Source: Cycas panzhihuaensis
Taxonomy: Eukaryota > Plantae > Cycadophyta
Assembly: GCA_023213395.1 (NCBI GenBank)
Contig: CM041465.1
Coordinates: forward strand, 138,639,741 to 138,703,740
DNA length: 64,000 nt
Direction: 5' to 3'
Shown: positions 34,701 to 45,809 of the stretch, piece after piece
Layout of the letters: each line of letters opens with the position of its first letter
How positions within the stretch are numbered: position 1 is the first letter of the stretch
Notes under the pieces: generated by a model
The model's input: the letters and a program-made list of their open reading frames with translations, nothing else
Database searches by the model: none
Told to the model about the DNA's origin: nothing
Made by a program: the position numbers and the translations under genes

Positions 34701-37106
34701 CCTCCTTCTTAATGCATATCTGATAGTATCTAGATTGAAGGTCAATGTTTGAGAAGTATCTTGCTCCATGAATTTCATCTAATAAATCATCTATCCGAAG
34801 AATAGGATAATGATTCTTTACTGTTAATTTATTTAATCCGCAGTAATCAATGCACATCCCGTACGATCCACCATCCTTTTTTGGATTCACCACTACTAGT
34901 GATGCAAATGGACTTGTACTTTTTACAATAGTCCCTTGGTGTAGTTCTTGAGTAATGTTTTCGATTTCTTACCTCAAGTGATACGGGTGCCTGTAGGGCC
35001 GGATGTTGACTGGAGCTACCCTCGGTACTAACTTGATGGCATGTTCATACTCACGCTTTAGAGGGAGCACTTGTGGCTCTTCAAATACTGAATTGTGTTC
35101 ATCCATTATCTTTTATACTTCTAGTGGTACATCTTCTACTAACCCTGGATATTTGCGGGATTCATTGATTTGATGTGGTATTTGATTTGTCCCTTCAGAC
35201 CACTGATGTAAGTTTCCATAATGTATTATGTTGGTATTCGTTCTGAAACTAAGCATCAAAGACTTTGGAACTGCTCTGTATATTCTTGTACCAACCCATT
35301 TTATTGTAATCGTGTTAATTGGGCAAAATAATCAATGTTCCAAGAATCTTCATGCTAGCTAATTAGATTCACCTTTAGGTATTCTCATGATTCATAGATA
35401 CATGTGTTGGTCTTCCACCACCAGTAGAACCATTTCAACGCCCTTCCATATAAATGGAGAGATGATGCTAATAGTTTTTCTCTATTGAACAATCTATATA
35501 CTTGGAAATATGTTTCCATTTATAGTAACTAGTTTTTGATATCTCTAGATCTATCTAGATTGAACTTCTCTAATGAAATCTTGGTACCTTTAAGGACGTG
35601 GTCCAATTGTTAATTTCTTTGGTTTCACCTTTCGTATACTACCCCTTTATATCTCCTTTGTTTCTCTTGATTGTCCAACTCTTCCCTTACGTCTTCATAT
35701 TCTGCTAATCTTTCTATTCCAAAATGCTTCTCCTCCTTCTAATAACCATTTTTGATCTATTGAGCTTTGGAATTTTTGAGAAGGATTTAATCTAGTTTTC
35801 TATTTGTGCGAAGAGACGTTCTATATTGATGTTTAATTTCTCCAATTTTGCATTTGTTACTTCTAACTGGCCTCGACCCTGGTTCACCATATTTTTTATG
35901 AGACTTTTACCTGATCTGAGTTTCATTCTCTTGGGAGGGGGGGGGATTTGGTTCCTAATTTTGTTGAGAAGATAAGGTCCCAACCCTTAAACCGCCACAA
36001 AGATCTAAACTATTTTTGCAACTAATTACAGGAATCGAAACTAATATTTAACATGCAAGTTCTTAAACCAGAGATAAAACAATAAAATGAACAAGAAAGC
36101 CAAGCATCACATGTACACCCGATATAACGTGGTAAAACCCTAGCAATGTGCTAGGAAAACATCCACACAGGAAAGATATCGATCTTTATTGTTGTAGATT
36201 AGAGAAAATGTACATAATCCTGTAGCAGAGTGCTCACAACAACAACAACCAGCTGGCCAACTCTTCACCGTACATTGAACACTATCAACATAATGAAAAA
36301 ATGCCCTAAATCGAGCTACATGAGAGGGTCATCCAAGGCACAAATCTCGACCGTAGAATCTAGGGTATTTTTAGAGAACGACCTTGATTCTCTTTATAAT
36401 TTAATATACTTTCCAGTGCTAAATTTTTGGGTCAGGGGCCATCACCCCCGAACCCCCTCTTTGCGGGGGGCGTTCCACAACCCCGCACCCACCTGACCAA
36501 GGGAGGCTCCCGCCCCCCTTGGAACCCCCCGAGGAAGGTTTGGGGGGGAAATCGCGCTACCAACATGTCAAAATTTTAGCCTCCAACAATTGTTGTCACA
36601 TTACCTAACAAATTTTTCTACTTATCTTCTAAATCCTGTTTCGAAACAAAGCTCTGATACCAATTGTAGCGATGGCAGATGAATTCCTTGGGAAGGAAAG
36701 GATAAAACAGAGTAAATATACACAATATATATGCCTTCTACTGTTTTAGGTATAAATAAACAAGATACACTACTCCTATATGTGATAGTATTGAACAAAA
36801 TATTAAGTACAACTTACAGAGATAGTGCTTATGGCAATTCTCCTCTTCAAGGAGAGGTTCCCTCCATAACAATTGCAACTCTAAGACTAAAATTATGGAA
36901 GCCAACAACACTCATGAATGATGTCATAAAGTTGCACAACTTCCTCTTTAAATAAGTGCTCATTTAGTCATGATAAAAGTTGGCCAGAATTGGCATGTGA
37001 AGTCGGCTAGAAAGTATATATAAAATAATGAATTTAATCATACTTTTGAAGTCGGCTTTCTTGCTTTGTTGAAGGTCAGCCAGATTGAATATTTAGGGTT
37101 GCTACA
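31784..37106 (-). mobile_element. Chromovirus-type Ty3/Gypsy lacking nucleocapsid and protease
   Basis: LTRs 36665-37106 (5') and 31784-32280 (3') with TGTAGC...GCTACA; TSD GCTTG/TCTTG; PBS TGGTATCAGAGC at 36662-36651; PPT ~32283-32293; gag 35890-35140 abuts the RT N-terminus. Confidence 0.92.
32330..35130 (-). pseudogene. Gypsy pol: RT - RNase H - integrase - chromodomain
   Basis: ORFs 34549-34893 (RT), 33714-34541 (RT/RH), 32995-33342 (INT MDFITGLP..VDRLTKY); chromodomain EFLIKWKTLDLEDATWE near 32400. Confidence 0.92.
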
Positions 37107-37294
37107 TCTTGCCTCTGCACTGAGCCATGGAAATCTGCAACAAATATACAATATCATTTGGCATTGGCACCTAGTCGACCTACCCTTATGTAACAAATAT
37201 ATATAAACATAATGACTTGTGAGCTAAACGTGACGACATGCAAGATTCTTAACTCTGATCCATGCTATATATATTACAATAAACATGAAGGGCA

Positions 37295-37297
<3 letters not shown>

Positions 37298-37333
<36 letters not shown>
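37298..37333. repeat. (AT)n microsatellite
   Basis: Read directly. Confidence 0.95.
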
Positions 37334-37335
<2 letters not shown>

Positions 37336-40300
37336 CATTGCAATAAACATGATAGCAATAAACTTCAAGATTATTATCTTACCTCGACACTAATGTGCAA
37401 GACATAAAACAAATGACGTCAACGTGGAAAATATAATTCAAACAACCCCTGTGAGTACATATTACTAAACCAACGTGCAAGATTAATATTGTTGCTTGCC
37501 TCAAGCTAACTTTGAACGTCACTATCAAATCCTACATTTGTTATACTATATCTATCATATTCCTACTATATCCAATTGTGGTCATATGCTCACTCCCATG
37601 TGACAAAAGTCACTTTTCGAAAAAAGGTTGTTTCACTATCTTGTACAATCTTTTGTGACCTATCAACCCTAAATTGACCATATCTTTTACCTAAAGGATC
37701 AATTTCTAGTGATGTTAGTTTTGTTCAAATACTAACTTGGAAGGCTAGAAATCGATATTTGTATGACCTTTTAAGGTCTAAATTCCTTTTAATTTTAATC
37801 TTGAAGCCTTGTTTAATCATCTATAAGGATAAACTAACTGGCAACAAGAATCAAAGTTGGAATTACATTGCACTCATAATTTCTCAAAAGGTGAAGGTAT
37901 TTAACCATCTCACAATATGGAAAACTCATAGCATAATTCATATCATTGGGACCTTGGTAAAAACTGGGACATTCGTTGGTCCCTAAGTAAATATTTGGTT
38001 GACCTAAGAATAAAAGCCATAAACAAAAAGGCAAACGACTCAGATTTTGATGTAAAACCTTTAGAGAGAGAACTTGAATGCAATGATTATCTCCAATTAG
38101 AAAAGTTTTGGAAGAATTATAATGTGCAATCTAATTATTTTAAGAGATAAATCGATTTCTTTCTTTATATATATTATGAACTTGAATCTCCATTGTATAC
38201 ATCATCAGCAGAAGAATTACTTTTGGTAATAACCAACTTGGAAATTTTTTAGGAATACTACATTCAAGAACCAATGAAGAGAAGCTTTCAAGCATATTTA
38301 TGATCATAATGGAATTCGCCACATTACAAGTACAAAATAGCTTATGAAAGAAACATGGAGAAACTTCAGTATAAACATAAGATTAATATGGCATGGTCTC
38401 ATATATCATTTCAAAAAATATTTTCTTTTGAAATTTTGCTAAAAGCTAGAAAAATAATTCCTCCTAGTTACATGAAATCATTTCATACAAAATTAGTACA
38501 AAGTGATCAAACAAGTCTTACTAAAGAAATAAATGAATACAGAAGCCAAGATTTAACCCTGTAAGGTAGAAATAATGACAAAATTCAAAATGGAGTTCAA
38601 CATAGTGCATCATGAAAAGAAAACACACCTATTGGTTGTCATTCAGATATATCAAAAATATTATATAATGAATCTACTAGGCATGAAGCAAGAAATAACC
38701 AACAAGAAGTTTAGGAAAAGGGTGGCCCAACTCCTAATATAAAGAAAGATATAACATTACAAGCAAAACTTTTGAAACTAATGCTAATGAAGCCGATACA
38801 GAGACACTAAAAAACAAGTAGTTATAACATATATACCAAAGAACTCATTTGTGTCAATGATAATAGTTTCATCTTCTAATGAAGCCAAGCAAATCCCAAA
38901 CATGTCTGTTTATATCCACGCCAACATCGACTTTTCAAAGATCTACATTCAATAATCTTCCAAATGGAAATTGTTCAAAATGCAACATCTATCGACAGTC
39001 TAAAGTTAGAATCAAGTGGAAGATTCTTTGGCAGCAATTTTCAATTCACAAACAAGAGCAAATGGAAATTCAACATTCTTGGAGTTGGCATCTACCAAAA
39101 GATTCATATCAATCTGCAACAACACAAGCATACTCGAGTCTGCCTATGTCTTAGAACTTTGTGTTCCTCAAAGTGCCAAGTAGTAATTCAATAACATGAA
39201 GATAATGATTATGATATTCTCTTATCAATAAGAGGCAACATCGGGTTGTCATTTTTAATATGCTTCAAGGGCAAAGCATTTCAAGAGGGGGATATTGTTA
39301 TGACCCTAATTATGATTCACTATTATTTAATATTTAGAAAAGGTATAGGTGAGAGATTATGACCTCTCAAAAGGACACTACATCACATTTAACTATGCAA
39401 ATACCATTGTATTGAGACATAATTTATTTATTAAATTATTATTTGGTCTTGACCATTGGATACTTCAATGTTAACTTATACTTGTGTGTTCTCCTTTTGC
39501 GTTCATAAATTTGTCCTCAAGTTACGAACTTTGGTTCATAACATATGGTGGCAGAAAGACGTTAGGGCTGATCAAAAATTAGGGACATTCTTTTTTGAAA
39601 AAATTTTGTTTGAATCCTCTAATGTTCGTGCATCACTCATCAACCTCTAGAAGGTTTATCTCAAGAAAAGTTCGTCAACCCTTTGACTGTCCAAGAAGCA
39701 AATGGGTCATCGAGAAGAAGTAGGTTGGAGACGTTAGCTACAAAACCATCTGTTGCAAATTCAGGTATGACTTCTATAGGATTTGTTGAGTAAGACAAAA
39801 TTCAGGTTTTGAACAAGATAAACAACCTTCAAAAGAAATCAATTACTGGGGTTTGTGTGTGTAGGATTCCACCCCCAAAATTCATTGAAATTTAGGTGAG
39901 AACTACTGGAATCCGAAGAAAATTCAACCCAGTAAGATAAAATATCTTCTCCATGGTGCTTTCCCTTTTTTTTCCGTGGATGAAATTAATGCAACTTCAA
40001 TTTTAAAGTAGGCATTCTAGATGAAACTTGTTTATTATGCAATAACAGACACCTAAATTTAATTCAAAATTTTTGAAAAATATTAATTGCCCTATTTAGG
40101 TAGCATTAGAAGGACTACATGCTGGTTTATGGAAATGTCTCCCATAGTTAGTTGCACCTATTGAGAGTTTATAACCCTTGAACTTGAATCGAGCTTTGAC
40201 GAGAACCTAATGTCAAAGCTTATGTAAGAGTTAGCTTGTCTGAAAAGCCATTGGAGGAAATTACTATTAAGATTGGAGACAAATTCTAGAAATTTAAAAT

Positions 40301-43292
40301 TCTTTGTTTTGGACTCATCAAACAGGTCATTTCATTAAAGATTGCTCATTGAAATGTAATTCTTAAAACTTAAATTCTGCATCTAACAAAACAATTAATG
40401 AAAAAAACGATGATTGGATTCAAATTAAAAAGAAACCTTCCTATGTACTTGACAACCTCAATGAAATCTTAAAAAGAATTCACAACCTAGTTTAGCCCCT
40501 ACAATGTCAAAACCTTCTGAGATTACCCATAAGTATGTTTATGATGTGTTAGTTAAAGTTAATGGAAAACTAGGAGTTGAAAGGGATTCGAGAAGAGAAA
40601 TTAACAAGAAATGTTCCCCTTCCTTAGTTACTTCGACAAAGAATATTAATAAAGATCCAATGTTTGCCCTTTAGGAGTCTCAATCTACCCTAGCTTCCCT
40701 ACCTACTAACAAAAATCCTTTCATGGAACATTAGAGGCATGGAATTGCATGAGAGGAGTGTCTGTGAGGTTGCAGTTGGTTAGAAGAGCTAAAGTGGATT
40801 TTTTTTGTCTCCAAGAAGTCAAGATCATTGGTTCCAAATTGACTCACACTTTCAATTTTATTTGGCGTGATTTGAAAGCTATTTGCTTCAACCACCTGCA
40901 TGTTAGGTGCAACACATCTTCTCGAGATTATCCTTGTGAATCTGATGAAAGAAGAATTAAGAGAACAGATAGAGCACTTTTATTAACTTTGGAGGCCGAT
41001 ATTACAGAGTAGTTCACACAGTGGCCACCAAAAAAGTACTGAAATACTTTCCCTTAAGAAAGGAAACAATGATCAATAATCCTCTACAACTAATTTTTGA
41101 CCCTTAAATAGATAAAAGAGGATCTCTCTTCAACAATCCTATTGGCAGCCCTAACAACCGCGACCTTACATACCATTTGAGGGCGTCATAGCCCGCACAC
41201 AAAGCTTAATAGTTAACATCAACACTTAATCCTTTGGCAGTTTCCACATGCTAGTGCCTCCTTCCGCTTAAGAAGATGGAGTTATGTTACAGGTCCCCCC
41301 CTGAAACATAGTGTTGACTTAGATTTCCCACTGCACTTATATGAAAGGTACACTTGTCAAGGTTACACAGGCTATAGTCTAGTTAGGATACAGTCAATAT
41401 GATTATCCACATACATTCCACAGATTATTTAATGTTTCCACATAATTATATCCCAAAGACATAGTAGCACGTAAATCAGCACATATTCAGATTCCATCCT
41501 CATAAACACGGAGAATACATGGTTTCCACGTAACTTCTTATTTCATTAAGCAATATTTCTTTTACACAAGGTGCTGGAATGCATTCCCTGTGCATTCCAG
41601 CCTTATACACTAAATCTGTCACATGCATACCCAGGAGGTACCCATCAAATACACGGCTTTAGGCTACTGTCATTCGTACCAATCTCCGTACCAATGTATG
41701 CTGGTATACTCGGCTCTCACCCTAACCGAATGGCCCTTAGGAAGTCACATAAATACGCTCCTTAGTGTCTTTTCGCTGAAGGGTTATGACTGTTTGTCAT
41801 AACCGTACCTTTTCCATCATGCGTACCTCTTCCTAACCATTGGTTAGATTCCTTAATCGTTGTCTTAACTTGTCCGTACGTCCGTACGTACGTCTGACGT
41901 CACTCTAGGCTCCTTTCTGTCCAGTCTTTCCATGTGTACTGATCATGTTCGCTTGCGTTTTGCCCAGGATGCGTATACGTGCACTACCGTGCACGCACCG
42001 CCATATGTACCTGCACGCCGGATTCTCCATTTTTCGCATGCGCACTTCGCACGGTTCGCACTGCAGTCCAAGGAAGGTTGGCTCCTCTCTGGTTGCCCAT
42101 AGCCCAACGTGTCACATTATGCTCCAACACATAGAGCCACCAAAACGTTGGAAATGAGGGTGTTGTTGGACATGTTAAACCTTATGTTTACATGTTAAGA
42201 TAATGTACTTTTATTTTCATGTAATATGTGTACTTTTTACTTTAGGGGTGACTTATCACTTAAGTGATAAACTGCACACCCACATTCTTTCTAGTGACAC
42301 AACGTTGTCACTAAAGGGTCAAATGGACCCTCATGCATTTTTGCTCACATGAGAGCCCAAAAGGACACATGTCCAACATGCAAGGCATGTATCTTGGATG
42401 TTTGACACTTGTCAAACATCCAAGGCCTTAGATCTCTCATCTCACTCTATATAATGAGACCTCTTCTCATTGTCTCATAAGAGAGTTGGAGTTGTATTGT
42501 TATCTTTGTCGGTTTGCTAATCAAACTGTTTCATTCTTTGGAGGTTGGACCAATTCCAACTCCACATATTGGGTATCATTTTCTCTTGCTCCTTCATTTG
42601 TGCTTTGTCTCTTTGCTCTCTATTTTCCTTGAGATTATTATACTTGTTTGTATTTCTGCAACTAGAACTAGAGTGATCCTAGTTTCTAAATCTTGGGACT
42701 GTTGAGGCCATCTAGCCTCTTTTCACATTTGGTATCAGAGCAAGAGGAGACTAGCTCCCTCTGTTCTGGTTTGCAACTGCTCAAGGAGATTTGAAGAAAG
42801 CTACAAACCCTTGGTGACGACCTTCAGACCAAGGCGATCCAAGGTTTGTTTTGAAGATTTTTTTTGCAGGTTCAAGCTTTTGGAGTTACATTTGCAGGCT
42901 GGAGCAAGTACATTTTAGATCTGAAATTTTTTTTCAGACTTTTATCTAAAGTGCAGCACTCACTATTTTTCCAAAAACGGTGATTTCCTTAATTTTTCTT
43001 TAGAAAATTTTTGTAAATTCAAGCAGATCTCAGGAGTTACATGTATTTTTTTTTACTGAAAATCAGTTTTTTAATCACTCCATTCAAACTTCACTTTATT
43101 TACAAAGATTCCTCACTATTCTGGGCCATTTTTTCAACTTGCAGAGCAATTTTCTTGATAAAAATTGGTCATTTCTTCTTGTTCCTACTAGCTGCTCTCT
43201 ATCTAATCTTTACTGCAGACTTTTGGAGGTATAGCAGACCCTGCGTGGGTCCCACAGAGCTATTCAAGTGACCGTACATCACTCTCAGGGCT

Positions 43293-43725
43293 GCACAACA
43301 GTCCGCTGTCCTGCACAAATCATTGCACCTAAAATCAGTCATATGGCAGCTCTTGCAGTGCACAATAGTCCGCTGTCCTGCACAGTCTAGCTACACCTAA
43401 AATCAGCCATACGGCAACTCTCGCGGCACAATCCATTGTCCTACAGTCTAAGCACCTAAAATCAGCCATATACGGCAACTCTTGCAAGGCACAACAATCC
43501 ATTGCTCGCAGTTTTCATACTTAAAGAGATGTTTTCAAACTTTATGAGAGCTGTTTTTTATACTTAAACAACTGTTTTCATACTTAAACAGCTGTGTTTT
43601 CATACTTAAAGAGCTATTTTCATACTTAAACAGTTGTGTTTTCATACTTAAAGAGCTGTTTTCCATGATTTATGAGAGTTGTTTTTCATACTTAAAGAGT
43701 TGTTTTCATACTTGAAGTATTGTTT
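43293..43725 (+). repeat. Two adjacent tandem arrays in the Copia 5' leader (~65-bp x3-4; ~21-bp x~10)
   Basis: GCACAA..GTCC..CACCTAAAATCAG.. units at 43293, 43360, 43426 and ~43489, then TTTTCATACTTAAA(G/C)AG(C/T)TG units from ~43511. Confidence 0.85.
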
Positions 43726-44782
43726 TCTGAAGCTACATGCTACATGGTAAACGCTTACTGAATAAGATAAAGCAAGTATACAACAACTGAATATAGAGGT
43801 CTTCTATGGCATTTTCAAGGTTTTCGAACAAGTGTTAATTGACTTTAAGAGAAGTGATTTCAAGTGTTTTTCATATCAAAAAAGTGATAGTTATCACTAA
43901 TTTTTAAACACTTTTAAGGCACCTTGCATGGTGACCTAATAACCCTTAGTCTCAAAGAGGGTTCAAAACACTTTGTACTTAATAAAAATCACTTCTTCTT
44001 TTGATCGTTGGGACTAATTTAAAGTCCCAACACTTGGTGCTTGATGTCCATTTTCATGCAAGTGGTTCTTTTGCCTTCACTTTTTCAACATTAAAAGGAA
44101 CCCACTTGTATCTTCATCACAAGTTTTGCATTACTTCTTTTCAGTACTTAAGCCTTTTCTTAAAAAGTACTTTGCAAAACTTATTGTAATCAAGCATTTG
44201 GTTTCTTACTTGGATCAACAAAGCACTACATTTTTCATTAAAGTGCTCATTGTAAAAACACTACAAGTGTTCATTTGGTGTACTTACATTGCTTCATCTT
44301 AAAGTTTCCAAGCAAAAAGAAACCTAAGTTCACTTTAAAATCTGCTAAAAAGTGACTTAAAATCTGTTGGAGAGGCTCGAAAAAGGTTCAAACCTTGCCT
44401 CTAAATTAACCTTAAGCTTGGTGCATTCCCTAGGGGACCAACCGACCGTACAGCCAGTGCACGACAATTAAGGTTGCTTAAGGGAAAGGAGGTTCGGAAA
44501 GGGTGTTATTGAAATGGAATCCTGTGGAAAGCATGGTACGTCCATGCAGATCAACCCTACCTGCCTTGTCCTAGATTTAACTTGGCCAACTATTGGATCT
44601 CTTCTATAGATCAGAGTTGGACCAACTCCATAGCCTAGTCCTCCACCCCTCATCATTTCATTCAGTTGTTGGATCTTCTAGTAAGATCAGGACAGTTGGT
44701 TTCGTTAGAAGGTGGAACTTAAGCGACGAAAACTTTGAGTTTCCAGGTTATCTGCTAGCCTCAAGCTTTCATAAACTGAAAC

Positions 44783-45619
44783 ATGGCTGCCATAAACATG
44801 CTAAATGCATGCACCATTCGGTTAACAGGACAAGATAATTATCAAGAATGGAAGAGACTCACTCAGAACTTGCTAATCATGAACGAATTTTGGAGTTATG
44901 TTTTTGGGAGATTACCTCGACCAGCACCTGTTATCAATGGCAATGTTACTGTGGAACCTGATGATGCTTTACTTGCTGCTTGGGAAGCCAAAGATGAAAT
45001 TACTTTGGCATTCCTTCACATGATTGTTGATGTGCATGTAGATCAGAATATTGTTTGTGCTAAAACTTCTAAGGAAGCTTGGGACACTTTGTCCTCATTG
45101 TATGAAAGGCGAGATCAAGCTCGCATTTTAATGGTTAAGGCAAAATTGTATTCTGTTAAGTTTGTCAAGCCCATGTCGGCTTTTCTTTCCTCCATCAAGG
45201 AGGTATGTAATGAACTGAATACACTTGAAAGTCCAGCTACAAGGAATGAATTGATCACTTCCATCACCAAAGCCTTACCCAAGGACTACAATGGCTTCAT
45301 TTCGTCTACTACAAGAGATGGTTCTCTCAAAACTATGGCATTCAACGAATTTGAAAGTCTGCTACTTCAAGAAGAACAAATCTACACTAAGGATAATGAG
45401 GAGGAACCATTCACATCAGGTGCATTCACGGCCAATTCAAAAGCCAAACAGCAACCCAAACCTGCACTCTCAAAACAATTTGGGAACATGAAAATTAGGT
45501 CTTCAAGGACCAATGTTGTATGTCATTATTGTGGCAAACTTGGCCACATAGCACCTGATTGTCGAAAAAAGCAAGCAGATCTACCAACAAAGAATGACCC
45601 ACGTTATCCGAATCGGTGA
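44783..45619 (+). CDS. Copia Gag (278 aa open, CCHC knuckle)
   Basis: RLTGQDNYQEWKR..., AKTSKEAWDTL, KALPKDY, CHYCGKLGHIAPDC. Confidence 0.9.
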   Translation: MAAINMLNACTIRLTGQDNYQEWKRLTQNLLIMNEFWSYVFGRLPRPAPVINGNVTVEPDDALLAAWEAKDEITLAFLHMIVDVHVDQNIVCAKTSKEAWDTLSSLYERRDQARILMVKAKLYSVKFVKPMSAFLSSIKEVCNELNTLESPATRNELITSITKALPKDYNGFISSTTRDGSLKTMAFNEFESLLLQEEQIYTKDNEEEPFTSGAFTANSKAKQQPKPALSKQFGNMKIRSSRTNVVCHYCGKLGHIAPDCRKKQADLPTKNDPRYPNR

Positions 45620-45809
45620 CGATGTACCACGCCGCCAGCATTTTGCCAAAGAAGAACAAGAAGAAGAAAGAACCCCTCGACCAAATCGAGGTGCCTATCG
45701 AGGAGGTCAAAGAGGAAGGGAGGTTTCGAGGTGGCAATCAACGCCACTCTAATCGCCTTGCGATGAAGACAAACTGTTTTGTGCATATCAGACATCCAAG
45801 GTTGATAAA

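Larger units (their letters stand above)
31141..39543 (+). mobile_element. Old, heavily deleted Ty1/Copia element (host of the nested Gypsy at 31784-37106)
   Basis: LTRs 31141-31384 and 39296-39543 (TGTTATGA...TCATAACA), TSD TATAG/TATGG, PBS-like TGGTTATCAAAG, PPT AAGAGGGGGA, faint RT remnants at ~38620-39200. Confidence 0.8.

Noticed and set aside
35130-35160. In-frame Gag-RT fusion protein
   Set aside because: Careful translation shows gag ends ..NIQG-stop-stop and RT is in another frame, with no obvious slippery site.
37375-37440. Upstream lipase exon (minus-strand GAG|GTAAG donor-like site)
   Set aside because: The preceding sequence does not encode the expected ..VPTFS..SVDDLRxE peptide and lies inside a Copia remnant.
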